A DNA stretch of 64,000 nt from Octopus vulgaris (GCA_951406725.2 OX597815.1:118482001-118546000), one strand, 5' to 3'; shown: positions 25,659-39,689, counted from the stretch's first letter. Program-made: numbers and translations. The notes: generated by a model not told the origin, from the sequence alone.

Positions 25659-26678
25659 GAAAATACACTTAGAGTACTTAAAAAGATTTATTTGTATTAA
25701 CTGGTTTTACAATTTCCTGATTTTCAAAGAATAACATCAAATGGATTGGAGCCATGCCGCATATTTTTCGACTGTGATTGAAATTTCAGTACTTTCTTTT
25801 TACGGAGAAAGTATGAGTGAAATTGCAATCAGTTGAGGCATAGTTTCGTTAGTTGAAGCTGTTCACTCAGTTAAAGGATCATGTAACAAGAATGATAGCT
25901 GCGCCCAAAGTTAAGGTTGTATTAGGCCAACAATATTCATATAGTCAGATGACCCTCTGACGTTGTGACCAGCTTCAACCAACTACACTGTATTTCAACC
26001 GATGTCAATTTGAGCAATGATCATTCCAGAAATAAATAATGAAAAATAAATTTTCAAACGCCAGGTCCTTCTGTCTAACGCTACTATTGAAAATCATGAC
26101 AAACTTCTGAACCACGCAGCCATCATATCGTGAAAGAGACAATATATTCATTGAATACCACAAATGCTATTATATCTATTTTTTTTTATCTATTTCGTGA
26201 AGTATAAAACTTTTCGCCATTATTTTGTTCCCTAGCCACTGACCAAGTTCTACTGCAGATATTGAAATTGCTACTGGCAAATTTGTACTCATTTTTTTCT
26301 CATGTCGCTTTCTTGTACACTTTAATATATGAAACTATTGGGTAAATGTGATTTGACCTCTTTACTCGAGTTGCTATTAGTCACGTTTAAATTCGTCTAT
26401 TCTGTTTATTTATAAACTTATATGTACAGTTACTACCATTCTATCTTTTGTTTTGTTTGTAGGTTTTGAATGTAAGCAAACAATATTCATTATGTACATA
26501 TATCAAATATACGGTACAAGTTTCTAGAAAATATATTCTTGCTAAGATGATTTAAACATAACAGTATAATAAGAAAAAGGGTCGCAAACAATAATTTCGA
26601 CATAATAGATAAAATCACACAAATGCCTATGTACATATATTTTCATATATCGTGTGTATACACCACACACACATACAC

Positions 26679-26728
<50 letters not shown>

Positions 26729-26911
26729 ATGTATGTGTATATTATATTCTTTTATTCTTTTATTTGTTTCAGTCATTTGACTGCGGCCAATGCTGTAGCA
26801 CCGCTTTTTGTGGAACAAATCGACCCCAGGACTTATTCTTTGTAAGCCTAGTACTTATTCTATCGGTCTCCAAATACAATAAACATATACGTCTTACACT
26901 TGTCTGATTAC

Positions 26912-27003
26912 CTGGTAAGAAACGCGTTTCACAGACAGCACCATCGACGAACAACAGCAAACACCACTGTATGAATTCGTACAGTAGCATGACTTCAGTA
27001 AAC
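26912..27003 (-). CDS. candidate exon encoding a signal-peptide-like segment (MLLYEFIQWCLLLFVDGAVCETRFLP)
   Basis: Minus strand aaatgtttttag|GTTTACT...TTACCAG|gtaatc; ATG at 26990; phase-1 donor. Confidence 0.45.
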
Positions 27004-27030
27004 CTAAAAACATTTAGTTAATCGCTAGAT

Positions 27031-27149
27031 CAGTGATTCCCAAACTTTTTTGGCCGCGGAATCCTTCGACATTATTTTTAAAAACGAGGAACCCCTGATA
27101 ACTTCCAGAGAACTCTAGGGTTTTGCAGAACACACTTTGGGGATCCTTG
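27031..27149. mobile_element. hAT (Charlie-type) MITE
   Basis: CAGTGATTCCCAAAC...CTTTGGGGATCCTTG termini; imperfect 8-bp TSD CGCTAGAT/CTCCAGAT. Confidence 0.65.
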
Positions 27150-27745
27150 CTCCAGATTAAAACCTCTACACTGGACATTTACTGATAACTGCACATGATA
27201 TCCTGCAACTTTTTTTTCATTTCTGTGAGGGACAACATATACACAGAACAGGACATTATAAGAATCGTGTGTCGAACGGATTCCAGGAAATAGCAACTGA
27301 TCGTGGGCGTGAATACGATAGCACTTAGGCGGAAATGCATTAACGTTGTATTATTGCTGTAAATTTCATACTGATCTTTTTTTTTTACTACTGTTCTTGT
27401 TTCATGGCACAACATAATTTGTACTGGTATTCCCTCCTGCTTTAATGCAGGATTCGATTTGATGTGCAGCTTTTGTCGATTCATCCCAGCTACAATGATC
27501 TATGGAACTGCATGGGAGTCAAACTGGTAACTTTTATCGGAGAAAAATAGGTTAAAATGCTTTTAAAAACGTAGGTGAAAAAACAGAGGGCAATGAAGGA
27601 ATTTGGCGTGAAAATTTTAAGATATCAGGTCAGAGTCAGGTAATAATGTCTCTTTGTAGCTCAGCTGACCTAGCTTCTGTATAGCACGCGTGGAATACAG
27701 TCATATAGTTGAGGGGTTAAAATTTTCCCGTCATTTTACGTAAAA

Positions 27746-29081
27746 ATGCCCCCCAGAAAAAAAACAACAAATATGCAGCAGCATTTAAACTAAAAGTTAT
27801 TGAAGTTGCTGAGAAGACGAATAACTGTATAGCAGCAAGAGAATTTGGGGTTCCAGAGAAACTTGTGAGAGACTGGAGAAAGATATCAAACAAACTTCAG
27901 ACAACGCCAAAAGGAAAATTGCTAACAGGGGAAAACCTAGCAAGTGGCCACAATTGGAGAAAAAAGTTGCAGAGTGGTTACTTGAAAATCGTCAAAATGG
28001 AAAGTGTATTACTCGTGAAGCCATCCGAATTCATGCTCGAAAGGAATCAAAGAAGGTGGAATTTCAGAGTTTAAAGCAAGTGCTGGGTGGTGCACTAGGT
28101 TCATGAGACGCTATAACTTAGTACTTCGGTAGAGAACTAAGATCGCACAAAAGCTGTCTACTGATCTAGATGATAAGTTAACAGAGTTTCATCGGTTTGT
28201 AATCAGAAATCAGAAGAAAGAGGGGTATGTATTATCATGTATTGGAAACATGGTGGAAACGCCTGTTACTCTTGACATGCCAGAGAATCGAACTGGGAAT
28301 CGAAAAGGAGAAAAAACAATATTCATGAGAACTACTGGCCACAAAAAAAATAAGGTTACTTTACTTCTTTCATGTATGGCTGGTGATACTAAATTAAAAG
28401 CGATTGTTGTTTTTAAGAGAAAAAACTGTGGCGAAGGAGAAATTTCCCAAAGGAATTGTCATCCATGTGCATAGACAAGGATGAATGGATGAAGGTAGCT
28501 GTAGAAAATGGATAATGGAAGTTTGGAATTTAGGACGTGGTGGACTACGAAAGGAAAAGAGTTTGCTCGCATGGGATCAGTTTAGGACACACCTAGTGGA
28601 GAATGTTGCTGATAGCCTCCAGTCACAAAATACTGATATAGCTATAATTCCCGGCGGACTTACAAGTGTTTTGCAACCATTAGACGTTAGCATTAATAAG
28701 CCATTTAAGAACATGATGAGAATCAAGTGGAATAACTGGATGCGTGGTGGAGAAAAAACGCACACGAAAGGAGGTAGTATGCAGGCTTCATCACTCCCTC
28801 TGATCTGTAAATGGACTGTTGATTCATGGAAGGAAATAAAAGTTGTTAGATCATTCAAGAAATGTGAAATTTCGAATGCGTTGGATAGTACAGAAGACGA
28901 TTGTCTATGGGATGACGAAGAAGTGGATGATGTGCTACCTCTAACTATGGACAGCGAAGATGAAGATGAAGAGAATCCTTACGATGATATCATTCATCCT
29001 GATGATTATGAAGATTTATTCAGTGCTGAACGCGATGAACAACGTGATTTTTTCAAGATTTTAATAAACTTTTGTGTGTAA
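27746..29081 (+). pseudogene. pogo-superfamily (POGK/Passer-like) transposase pseudogene
   Basis: Brinker-like KYAAAFKLKVIEVAEKTNNCIAAREFGVPEKLVRDWRK; CENP-B HTH FKASAGWCTRFMRRY; DDE_1 motifs IGNMVETP, LLAWDQFRTH, IPGGLTSVLQPLDVSINKPFK; acidic tail; several frameshifts and stops. Confidence 0.92.
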
Positions 29082-29965
29082 AACGTTCAAGATGTACCAT
29101 GTACCGAAATTGTAATTTAAAGCTGTATTACCGTAAATTTCTACTTCACTTTTTGTTTGCATTAATAAAAATTTGATAGTTTATTGGTTTTTATTGACAT
29201 TATTAATTATTTTGATATTTGTTTTATATTTTGGGCCTTAAGATTCACTGAATTTATTAAAAACATAAATGCAACAAAGAAATTGACATGGTAGTCTTTA
29301 ATCCAGCCACGAAAAAGGAAACGTTTTCGGTGGAGACTGGTGGCGGTGAAAATTGGTGTTGTGCTTCTACTTCTTTTATCAATTTTGGTCTTTAAAACAT
29401 TAAGTTGCATTTAATTAATCAGCAAAAAAACTGCACCACTAATATACTGTGCCCTAATACACTTGTGATGGGTATGACTTTAACCATGAAGATGAAAATA
29501 GTGAAATGTTATTGAAGAGTTATGCTGTAAAACACGCTGAATAAGTATCAGCTGCGTGCACAGTATTACGGCAGGTAGCAGCATGCTGGTGCCGGGTAGA
29601 TATATATTACCGGTGATAATATAATATAATTATGAGATATAAATTGATTTCACTCAGCTAGTCTGTTAAATTTGATGGATACAAATAAAAGAGAAAGTGT
29701 AATTATTTAAATGAGTTACGCGGTCTTGTTTATGGGTTTCCTTATTTACTAGGATGTGTGTTTTGTGCTTTTTTTTTTTTTTTGCTTAGAGATCAGTTGA
29801 GCTTCTGCTACTGATACGGTATTTCGGATTCTAGCTTGAATTCTTTTCCCTGAAAAGTAGTATCCATGTAATTGTCGACCCCACAAATTTGACCTTTAAA
29901 AACGGTCTAAAAAATTCGACTTCTACACGAGTGTGTGTGTGTGTGTGTGTGTGTATACATACATA

Positions 29966-30029
<64 letters not shown>

Positions 30030-30178
30030 CATATATGGGTACAGGACGTCACCCACTGTGTAAACAATATGAAAAACGTAGACAAACGGGTTAAATACGT
30101 AAAGATCAAGAGAAAAATATGGAAAACGGGACAAGTAAACAGAGACAAGTAAACAGGACAAGTAAACAGGACAAGTAA

Positions 30179-30297
<119 letters not shown>

Positions 30298-30688
30298 TAG
30301 ATATATATATATATATTATCTAATGTACGCAACTTTCAAATAAATGCTACTGACTGTTTCTTGCCATTGAAACCCGAGGTCAGGTAGATTTATAAAACGT
30401 TCATTGTGTCTCCTACCAATCTCAGGGCTCTGGGCACATGTTTTTTTTTTTTTTTTTTGTGTGTGTGTCTATTTGATAATCAGGACGCTGGTACAATGGA
30501 AACCACGAGAAAAAAAATGAGAAGGCTGATGCAGAATGAACTGACAAAATGTGATAAAAACGGATAAAGAAGAGAAAGAGAAGAAAGAAAATTACAGTTA
30601 CGCCCCCACCCCTTAGCCGTAGAAATCAATTAAACTAGCTGGTGTAGAATAATTCAAAAGGGAAGAGTCCAAAGTCTGCGAGAATTGA

Positions 30689-30837
30689 CCCTTTGAGCCC
30701 TGACCTCCTGAACTTTATTTTACCATATACCTGGCACTCCACCGATGTTACGGTATAGAACGGTGCTAAGGTATAGAGCTACGGTATAGAGAAAAATAAG
30801 CCATCCACCGGTAAACTGATGTTCTGGGCTCAAAGGG
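30689..30837. mobile_element. piggyBac-type MITE
   Basis: TTGA|CCCTTTGAGCCC ... GGGCTCAAAGGG|TTAA. Confidence 0.75.
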
Positions 30838-31479
30838 TTAACTCTACAACTGAAAGTTGTTGTTCAGTGCTTTCATACATTCTGCTAGCGATATATGACT
30901 CTTCATTGAACTTATCTCCTACGCGATGGACTGGGTCAATCATTGAGGACGACGTGGGTAAGCAGTACTTGAATCGCTGACCCATCATCCATCTTTGTAT
31001 GAAGAATATTTGGAGTATGGGCGTGGGTTTTGAAATAGTTTCTCGCTAAACAGGTTTGTATTTGCTGCACAAATGCATGTATGTTGAACTCGTTGAGTAT
31101 TTTTTTTCATTGAGTTATTGTTCAATTATTTCCCTTCACAATAACATCGAACAATTACCTATTTTAGTACCAATATCAACACCGCCCTACGTTGATCTGA
31201 TATTAGTCAGCAAGCACGAAAATTAATTATAGTATGATTATAGTAATATTTATACTACATCTCGAATAAAGATGCCCTCATTTAAAGTGTTAGCTTTATG
31301 AAAGAGAAAGACACTAATGAAACATATGATATTTGTCAGAATAGATTTGCTCGTATTTCTCCTGTGTTATTTTATTTAACACGAAATATGCATATCGTGG
31401 TGTTTTATGTTGCTTTTCAGCTCTATTCTTCTTCTACAACTTTTGTTTATTACTTTTGAAATTTGAATGAAGTTTACCC

Positions 31480-31903
31480 CTGGCGATGGAACGGTATGTT
31501 GAAAAATTAGCACATTTTACACCTACTTCTCTTTGCTTTCATTCAAGGTTCCAAAGCCGCTCGAAACATTTGTGCTGTATATGGAGTAGGTGCAATTATT
31601 GAAAGAACTGCATGAAAACGGTTTTCACGTTTCAAGGTTAGGAAAGTTGATATCATAGATCCACTGCGTTCCGGCCAACGTGTTTAGTTCAATTAGGATC
31701 GATTGAACGAGCTTATCCTCCAGGATCTGCGCCAGTCCTCTTGCAAATTGATCCAGCAGATGGGATGCTCTCATGATATCGTCCCCCATCATTTTCACTC
31801 GATGAGTAAGGCCCAAAAACTCGATGCATGGGTGCTACCCGCTCTGTAAAATAAGGATTAAGATATATGGGTCAAGCGAACAAATTTGTCTGACAACCTA
31901 ATA
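31480..31903 (+). mobile_element. deleted mariner remnant
   Basis: HLLLFAFIQGSKAARNICAVYGVGAIIERTA*KRFSRFK (mariner HTH); right TIR ...AAATTTGTCTGACAACCTAATA. Confidence 0.75.
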
Positions 31904-32479
31904 TATATCATAGTGCATACTGTTTAACGATGATCTGACGTTTGTCAGCAAGGAATCATAATTATAACTATGGTAATATTTTACCCTACGTTTCCAATAA
32001 AGATGCCTCATTTAAAGTAATAGAGGTATAAAAAGGGAAGTCGTAAATGAAACAGCGTGGTTAATGCTATTTTGTATCTATAGCTAGCTCAATAACATTA
32101 TATGTATCATAGCAGTGCATTAACCATTACGATAATTACACAATGCTGTGATTAGAATTGTTAATTTACATTGCTAAAATCCTCAAAAAATTGTCTTACC
32201 TAACTACAAACACAACAGCAATTCTACCCTATTAGAAACTCTTCAGAAAGAGAATCAAGTAATGCATTATTAATATTATTTTATTAACTATATGAAGAGT
32301 TTAGAATACGTGGTATCTTACATGTTTCTCCTATATGTACAATTCTGTAGCAAATAAAACACGTGAAATGATGAATAAATAATACCAAATATATATTTAT
32401 ATATATGTGTGTGTGCGTGTGTGTGCGTGTGTGTGCGTGTGTGTGTGTGTGTGCATGTATGTATGTATGTATGTATGTA

Positions 32480-32526
<47 letters not shown>

Positions 32527-32585
32527 GTATGTATGCATATATATGTACGTATACGTATGAATATGTATATATATATATATATATA

Positions 32586-32950
32586 TCATCGTTTAACGTC
32601 CGCTTTCCATGCTGGAATGGGTTGGACGGTTTGACTGGGGAGTGGAAAGCCAGAAGGCGGCACCAAGCTCTAATCTGATCTGGCAAAGTTTATACAGCCG
32701 GATGCCCTTCCTAATGTCAATCACTCCGAGAGTATAGTTGATGCTTTTTACGTGCCACCGGCATGAGGGCCAGTCAGGCGGTACTGGCATTGACCACGTT
32801 CGTATGGTGCTGTTTCGTACCACCGGCACGGGAGCCAGTCCAGAGGGACTGGCATCGACCATGTTCGAATGGTGCTTTTTACGTGCCACCGGCACAGGTG
32901 CCAGTCATGCGGTACTGGCATCGGCTACGACAATGATTTCACTTGACTCC
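32586..32950 (-). mobile_element. SINE with an RTE-like tail and three about 65-bp tandem units
   Basis: CAGCCGGATGCCCTTCCTAATG tail motif; repeated TACGTGCCACCGGCA...GCCAGTC...ACTGGCAT. Confidence 0.65.
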
Positions 32951-33110
32951 ACAGTAGTTTATTCAACAAATTTTATTCGACAATGGGATCACATGACTCA
33001 ACAGGTGTTATCGAGCACAATTTATTGTCCAATGGGCAGCTTATGCGATACTGGCCCAAACTGCTCTCACTTGGCTTGCCGGATCTTCTCAAGTATAAGA
33101 TAGATAGATG

Positions 33111-33250
<140 letters not shown>

Positions 33251-34138
33251 TGTGTCTTTGTATATTTGTATGTACACACGCACACTTTTAATTTGTTTTC
33301 AACTTATTTTAGTTTTTTCTAAGGTATATTATAAAATCTAAGGTGTAATGAGAATAGCTAAGTTAGTTTTAGCCTTTATAGTCGGATTTTAAACAGACAT
33401 AAATACATCTTGTTACCATCTTTGCACACAGAAAATAAAGAAAATTGTCTTCATATGTTTCAAGGTTTGTTGACTATTCACCACTTCCGCCTACGAAGAG
33501 AGTTTATAGGAAATCGTTATTTGACTCAACCAGATGCTAGAAATTAGACGGGAATTTATCAGCAACGTGATAAAAATAATTAATAAAAACTGTAAGTAGA
33601 CGAATGAGAGGTATTTGTCACCTTATAAAATGCCAACGAACCGTAAAAGATGTCAAAGCATCTCCTTAATTTTTCAGTGAACGAATGGAGATTTTCTTTC
33701 CCCACGAAGAGACTGATCAATTGAGTCCCAAAGCAAACCCGCCGATTGTATCCTAATACGTTTATAATTCCACAGCAAAAGTTTTAAGAACTCTGTTTCC
33801 ACTACTTAAAATTTGTGTTAGGTTCTCGAGCACAAGTGAGCTGGGTAAATATTTATCAATAGCATCGTCAACAAATACACCAAATTAGTCTCAGCATTAG
33901 AGCTAAAGTTTGTGATTGATTTAAATAGCAATTTGTCACACACACACACGCACACACACGTACACGCATACACATGTGTGTATGTGTGTGTGCGCACATG
34001 CGTGCGTGCGTTCGTGTACGTGTGTGTACAGTAAATTCCTTATTGTTCTTAAGGGGTAGAGATAACTTTCTAAAGGGAAGTAATTCAGCTATTCAGTAAC
34101 TATAGATACTATAGATTGTTAAAACATAAGTACAAAAG

Positions 34139-34720
34139 GGCGGCGAGCTGGCAGAAACGTTAGCACGCCGGGTGATATACTTAGCGGTATTTCGTCTGCC
34201 GTTACGTTCTGAGTTCAAGTTCCGCCGAGGTCGACTTTGCCCTCCATCCTTTCGGGGTTGATAAATTAAGTACCAGTTACGCACTGGGGTCGATATAATC
34301 GACTTAATCTGTTTGTCTGTCCTTGTTTGTCCCCTCTATGCTTAGCCCCTTGTGAGCAATAAAGAAATAGGTATTTCATCTGCCGCTACGTTTTGAGTTC
34401 AAATTCCGCCGAGGTCGACTTTGCCTTTCATCCTTTCGGGGTCGATTAAATAAGTACCAGTTACGCACTGGGGTCGATATAATCGACTTAATCCATTTGT
34501 CTGTCCTTGTTTGTCCTCTCTGTGTTTAGCCTCTTGTGGGTAGTAAAGAAATGGGTATTTCATCTGTCTTTGCGTTCTAAGTTCAAATTCCGCTGAGGTT
34601 GACTTTGCCTTTCATCCTTTCGAGGTCGATAAATTAAGTACCAGTTGCGTACTATAGTAGATCAAATCGACTAGCCCCCTCCCCAATAATTTCTAGTTTT
34701 GTGCCCAGAATAGAAAAAAA
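34139..34720 (+). mobile_element. family A SINE with three tandem about 185-bp core units
   Basis: One head, then three copies of GGTATTTC...GAGTTCAAATTCC...TCATCCTTTCGGGGTCGA... Confidence 0.9.
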
Positions 34721-35556
34721 ACATAAGTACTAAAATAAGATATATGTAACTAAAGCTCTTAAAAGCGGTTCCCCAGAATTGCCGCAGCTGATATTTATAT
34801 TTAATAAAATTTAGTCATTATCATTCACAGGGAAAAGGACTTTTTTCCATCGCTTAATTGGGTGGGAACGGCAGTGTCTATGACCTTTTACAGGGCCTCT
34901 GATACTGGTGGGAGGGAGTGAATGAGAAAGGTGTCCTCAAACAGGATTCCTTGTTGGAATGGTTACAAGAATGGACTAACAAAAAGCACCCAAAAATAAC
35001 ACGAGTATGTCAAACCGGGAACTGGATTATGTCTATCAGTGACGATCAAGATGGAATTTGAATTCACAATACAAAGAGCCAGAATAAATACCGCACGTAA
35101 TTTCTTCCAACGTTCTCGCGATTCTGGCCGACAATCCATCTCCTTAAACTGGTACTTGTGTATTGACTTCTGAAGGATCAAAGGCAAAGTTGACCGGGGT
35201 GGGATCTGAAATCAAAATGATACAAGAAGCCAAATTAGTTTCGTCAAAGCATTACGTTCGGTGGTTTAGCGATTCGACTAATTCATTACGTAAGATGTAA
35301 ACAGTATTTCAATGCTGGTTTGAAACCCACTTCCTAATCTAAATAAAGCTCACAATTATACCGTGTATCAGTACACACTGATATAATGGCGGATATGCTT
35401 GCAAAAAAACTTAGTTTTTCTCACTGACCTTTGTATTTTTTCACTGAACTTGCTAAGGGCTTACAATCATATCGTACTTCATTTTAAGTGCTCTCTTACA
35501 CATTCCATTGCCTCAGTCTTTTCAGCTACTTCTTTTCACTAAGCATTTAAAAACCG

Positions 35557-35591
<35 letters not shown>

Positions 35592-35844
35592 TCACATATA
35601 TATATGCACTCATACGTATACTTATATAAGTGCGCATGTCAACCCAAGCATTAGAAATAAAAATATATTGAATTGAATTTAATTGCTCTATAAATGAGCA
35701 AAATTTCATCTTAATATGCATTATATATTTATGATAAGTTTTAAATACTTGTGGTTAAACTTGAGTTGAATAGGTCCTTATGTGTTTAAGTCAATATTTT
35801 GTACATAAAGTAGCAGATTGAACACTATCTTTTCTTTTAACTGT

Positions 35845-36036
35845 TTTCAGTTACTGATCTGCGGCCATGCTGGGGTACTCTTAAAGTGCTTTACTCGAAC
35901 AAATCGAACCCAGTGCTTAGCATTTTAAATTTGGCACTTATTCTATTATCCTTTTTTGCCGGACCGCTAAGTCACTAGGACGTAAACAAGCCAACACTGG
36001 TTATCCAATGAGGTGGGTGGACATAGACATGAAGGT

Positions 36037-36088
<52 letters not shown>

Positions 36089-36280
36089 ACACACACACAC
36101 ACATATATATAGATATATGTATATATATATAATGGGCTTTCACACAGTTTCTGTTTGCCAAATTCACTCACAAGGCTCTCATCGGCTCGGGGCTATAGTA
36201 CAAGATACTTACCCAAGGGTTCAGCTGAGAGGGACTGAACTCAAAAGCTAGCTTCTTAACCACAAAGCCTTGTCTGCGCC
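35845..36280 (-). mobile_element. SINE family B, degenerate
   Basis: Reverse-complement tail GCGGCCATGCTGGGG and body CACAGTTTCTGTTTGCCAAATTCACTCACAAGGC. Confidence 0.7.
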
Positions 36281-37756
36281 TAAATATATCTTAGGAGTTC
36301 GACATATATTTAACATGCATAGAAAAAAATATATAAAAATATATAAATAAAACTTACTTGAGGAAGACTTATAGACTTTCTAAACATGACAAATTAGACT
36401 AGTGGTACTAAAACAACTGTAACTCAGTAACCACTTTCACCAAATAGCGCTTTGCAAACGTCCCCTTTGCATAAGTGATGATGAAGATGATGGTGGTGGT
36501 GTTGATATAAAATACGAAACGGACCGAGAAAAGAAACCCGGACGTGAGACACCTGTACATCACTGTACTGCACATTTGCCACTCTCTCGGTCGATATAGT
36601 ATTATAAGGCTGAGGAAAAAGTTCGTGCGCCGTGTTAAAATAATGCTTTTTTTTCTTCATATATATGTGTATGTGTATATGCACATATGTATATATGTAT
36701 GTGTGTATGTATGTATGTATGTATGTATGTATGTATGTATGTATGTATGTATGTATGTGTGTATGTGTGTATGTACGCACGTATGAATGTATGTATGTAT
36801 GTATGTATGTAGTGAGGGGGCATGACCTGGTGTTAGGGTGTGGTACTCATGATCGCCAGATATTGTTTTCGATTCCTGGTCTGAACGGTGCGTTGTGTCC
36901 TTATGTAAGTCACTTCATCTCACCTTTCTCTACGATCACTTCGACATCTCACTAAAGGAGTATAACATGCGCATGCGAAGACGGGCCATTGATGATTAAT
37001 CCGGCAACCTCCACTTAGCTTACTTGGTGAGGATGGTGGTGATTTTTGGATATCTACAAGATGAAATCAAAACTAGCAAACTGATGCATTTACAGAAGAA
37101 ACTCTCCAATAGTGTATTCATATGCACAGTCCCTGAGTGTGATGGTATTAAACTGCATCCGGTGACGAGACTCCAGCTCGGGAGTTTTGGAGTTGTGGGA
37201 ATCGTGGAGTCATCTCTTAATTACCATTATTCCTACGTCTGTTCTGAGTCGGAACGTATACTTGTCACCGTCCCACCTATGGACTAAATAGATTTTCCAG
37301 GGGTAGAGGAGGCCTCCGTTATTTTTGCCAAAGCTATGAGGAAGATAGCTCTTCTGAGAGAAAGATAGTTTGGCGTAAAACTTGCAGTTAAAATATAATA
37401 TTACCAATCATCTTGCAATGCTCGTCACTAGATGCTACTAGGTTGAGGAAAAAGTTCGTGCGCCGTGTTAAAATAATGAACTGAATGAACACACACACCA
37501 CAAAATATATATGTGCACTATGTAGATATATGTCTTTGAGATTGAACCCTATCGCTAAACAACTAGTGCAGGTTTGTTTATGTCCCGTAATTTAGTTATT
37601 CGGAAAAAAAGAGAACGATAGAATAAGTACCAAATTTGAGATAAATACTGAGAATTGATAAGTTTGACTAAATTCTAAATTCGCAATCCGATAACAAAGG
37701 TAAGCAAATAAAGTGTATGAGTACGTGAGCGTGCACACGCATGCAGACACATACAC

Positions 37757-37808
<52 letters not shown>

Positions 37809-38364
37809 ATACAATCGGGGTTGTACTGATTTGGTGATCTTATCTGAGATCCGCTATTGAAACAAAACCAATTGCGTTGCGAATGAAGTATAGACATATA
37901 TTGTTGTTCTGTTTACTCTTAACAAAGGACAATAACAAACAAACAAAAAGTCGAATATAAAAACTAAATTTATTTTGGAGAAAATCTAATATTATTTATG
38001 CGGCTGTAAATTTTCTGACAAGTTTTGTTTTTTTAAACAAATAATTTGAATAAACTTTACAAATAGTGATAAAAGAAGAAATGAAAGTTTTCTGTTATTT
38101 TATTGTTTGGAAGGCGTCAGGACGAACAGTGAGCATTCAGCTTGAATAAAAGTATGTAAGCTATAATAACAATAAAGACATATTAACAAATAGATAACAG
38201 TGAAAACCAATAGCAATTTCGAATGAAAAATAAAGTGGATTAACTATAAATAGGATAAAACATGGCACACCAAACATAAACTCGATCTACCTCGTCACAC
38301 TTGAATTAAGTGCCTTCTTCCAGTTACTTTTGCCAAAGTGTAACTGTATATACTGCATATATAT

Positions 38365-38530
38365 TATATAGAAATCCGTTCTGTCTGCCTGTGTGTGCGT
38401 CTTCTAGGATCTCGGGCATCCTCCATCCGATTGCGCTCAAATTTGATATGTAGATACCGACGGTATCAGGGCGTGTATAAGTCTTGAGAAAATTACAAAA
38501 ATCGATTCCAGGTGAGAATGCGATCTTTAA
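38365..38530 (+). mobile_element. Helitron-type 5' fragment
   Basis: TATATAGAAATCCGTTCTGTCTGCCTGTGTG...CATCCGATTGCGCTCAAATTTG resembles the start of the element at 14689. Confidence 0.45.
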
Positions 38531-39297
38531 AGCCGTGGGAACGTGCATTTGTAAAATCGTTTTTCTTGGAATAGAAAAAGAAGTCTATCTTTATTTCTTC
38601 TTTTGTTGGTGTCCCAAATTTAGGTTAAATCAGTGTTTCTCAAAGGGGAGGCCTATGGGACGGTCGGGCAAGTTGTTTTGAGAAAATTTGGTTTAAATGT
38701 TTGACAACTCAGCACCGTCCATAATACGTGGGGGGGGGGACGTTTTGCTCGTATATATATATATGTGCGTGTGTGTGTATTTATAGTTAGCTGAAAAAAA
38801 GTTGATTAACTTGAGGCAATTCATGAAATTATTAGATAAAAACCACCTCTATGAGTGTGTAATATCTAACTAAAAAAAAAAAGGGGGAGGAAAAAAAAGC
38901 GAATAATGATAACTTAGTTGATTGAAATTTTTCGTCGATGTAAACAATGCGGATACGAGTGGATCTGGTTTTTAATGCCAATTGCTGAAAGCAATGTTTA
39001 ATTGAAAATGTATGAAGAGACAAGTCTCGCTGCCACACATTTTAAAAATGTAAGGAAAGACTGAAAAAGAATAAATATCTAAATCAGAGCTAAATATGAA
39101 ATATAATGTACTTTAATCATCACTACTTTAATCATCCCATTACTTCACGTAACATAAGTACGACAATGATATTTAGTGGATGTCTATAACCTCCTATTTG
39201 AATTTTTTTTTCTTTTTTCGAAGAGACTGATCAGCTGATCCCCATTCTATCCATTATTTACATTTGACAGATATTTGTCCTCATCTTGTTTGTTGTT

Positions 39298-39343
39298 AAC
39301 ACAATGTTTCAGCTGATATACCCTCCAGCCTTCATCAGGTATC
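39298..39343 (-). ncRNA. minimal type-I hammerhead ribozyme
   Basis: GATAC-CTGATGA-A-GGCTG-GAGGGTATAT-CAGCT-GAAA-C-ATT|GTGTT. Confidence 0.7.
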
Positions 39344-39391
39344 TTGGAGAAATTTCCAACCTGGGTTCTCATTCCTAAGATATTTTTTGAA

Positions 39392-39426
<35 letters not shown>

Positions 39427-39550
39427 CATCATTATTATTCAGGTCACTGCCTGGATTTGAACACGGAATCTTGGGGTTAGTAATCTGCGCTCGTAACCAC
39501 AGAGCGCGAGCTGCTAACCCCAAGATTCCGTGTTCAATTCCAGGCAGTGA

Positions 39551-39594
<44 letters not shown>

Positions 39595-39643
39595 TGAAAA
39601 AAATACCTTAGGAATGAGAACCCAGGTACGAAATTTCCCCCAA

Positions 39644-39689
39644 AACACTTGATGAAAGCTGGAGGGTATATCAGCCGAAACGTTGTGTT
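39644..39689 (+). ncRNA. minimal type-I hammerhead ribozyme (C3->U variant)
   Basis: AACAC-TTGATGA-A-AGCTG-GAGGGTATAT-CAGCC-GAAA-C-GTT|GTGTT; stem I AACAC/GTGTT is perfect. Confidence 0.7.

Noticed and set aside
28485-29081. Domesticated POGK-like host gene
   Set aside because: Upstream domains carry multiple frameshifts and stops, indicating a dead transposon.
32742-32925. CRISPR-like repeat array
   Set aside because: Eukaryotic context, no unique spacers, no cas genes; these are tandem units within a SINE.
39227-39235. CTGATCAGC upstream of both hammerhead-element insertions (also 58566-58574) as a target motif
   Set aside because: Only two sites, with different spacing and on opposite sides relative to element orientation; cannot be separated from chance.
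39335-39611. Poly-Leu signal-peptide-like ORFs
   Set aside because: Derived from the (TTA)n linker of the hammerhead element.
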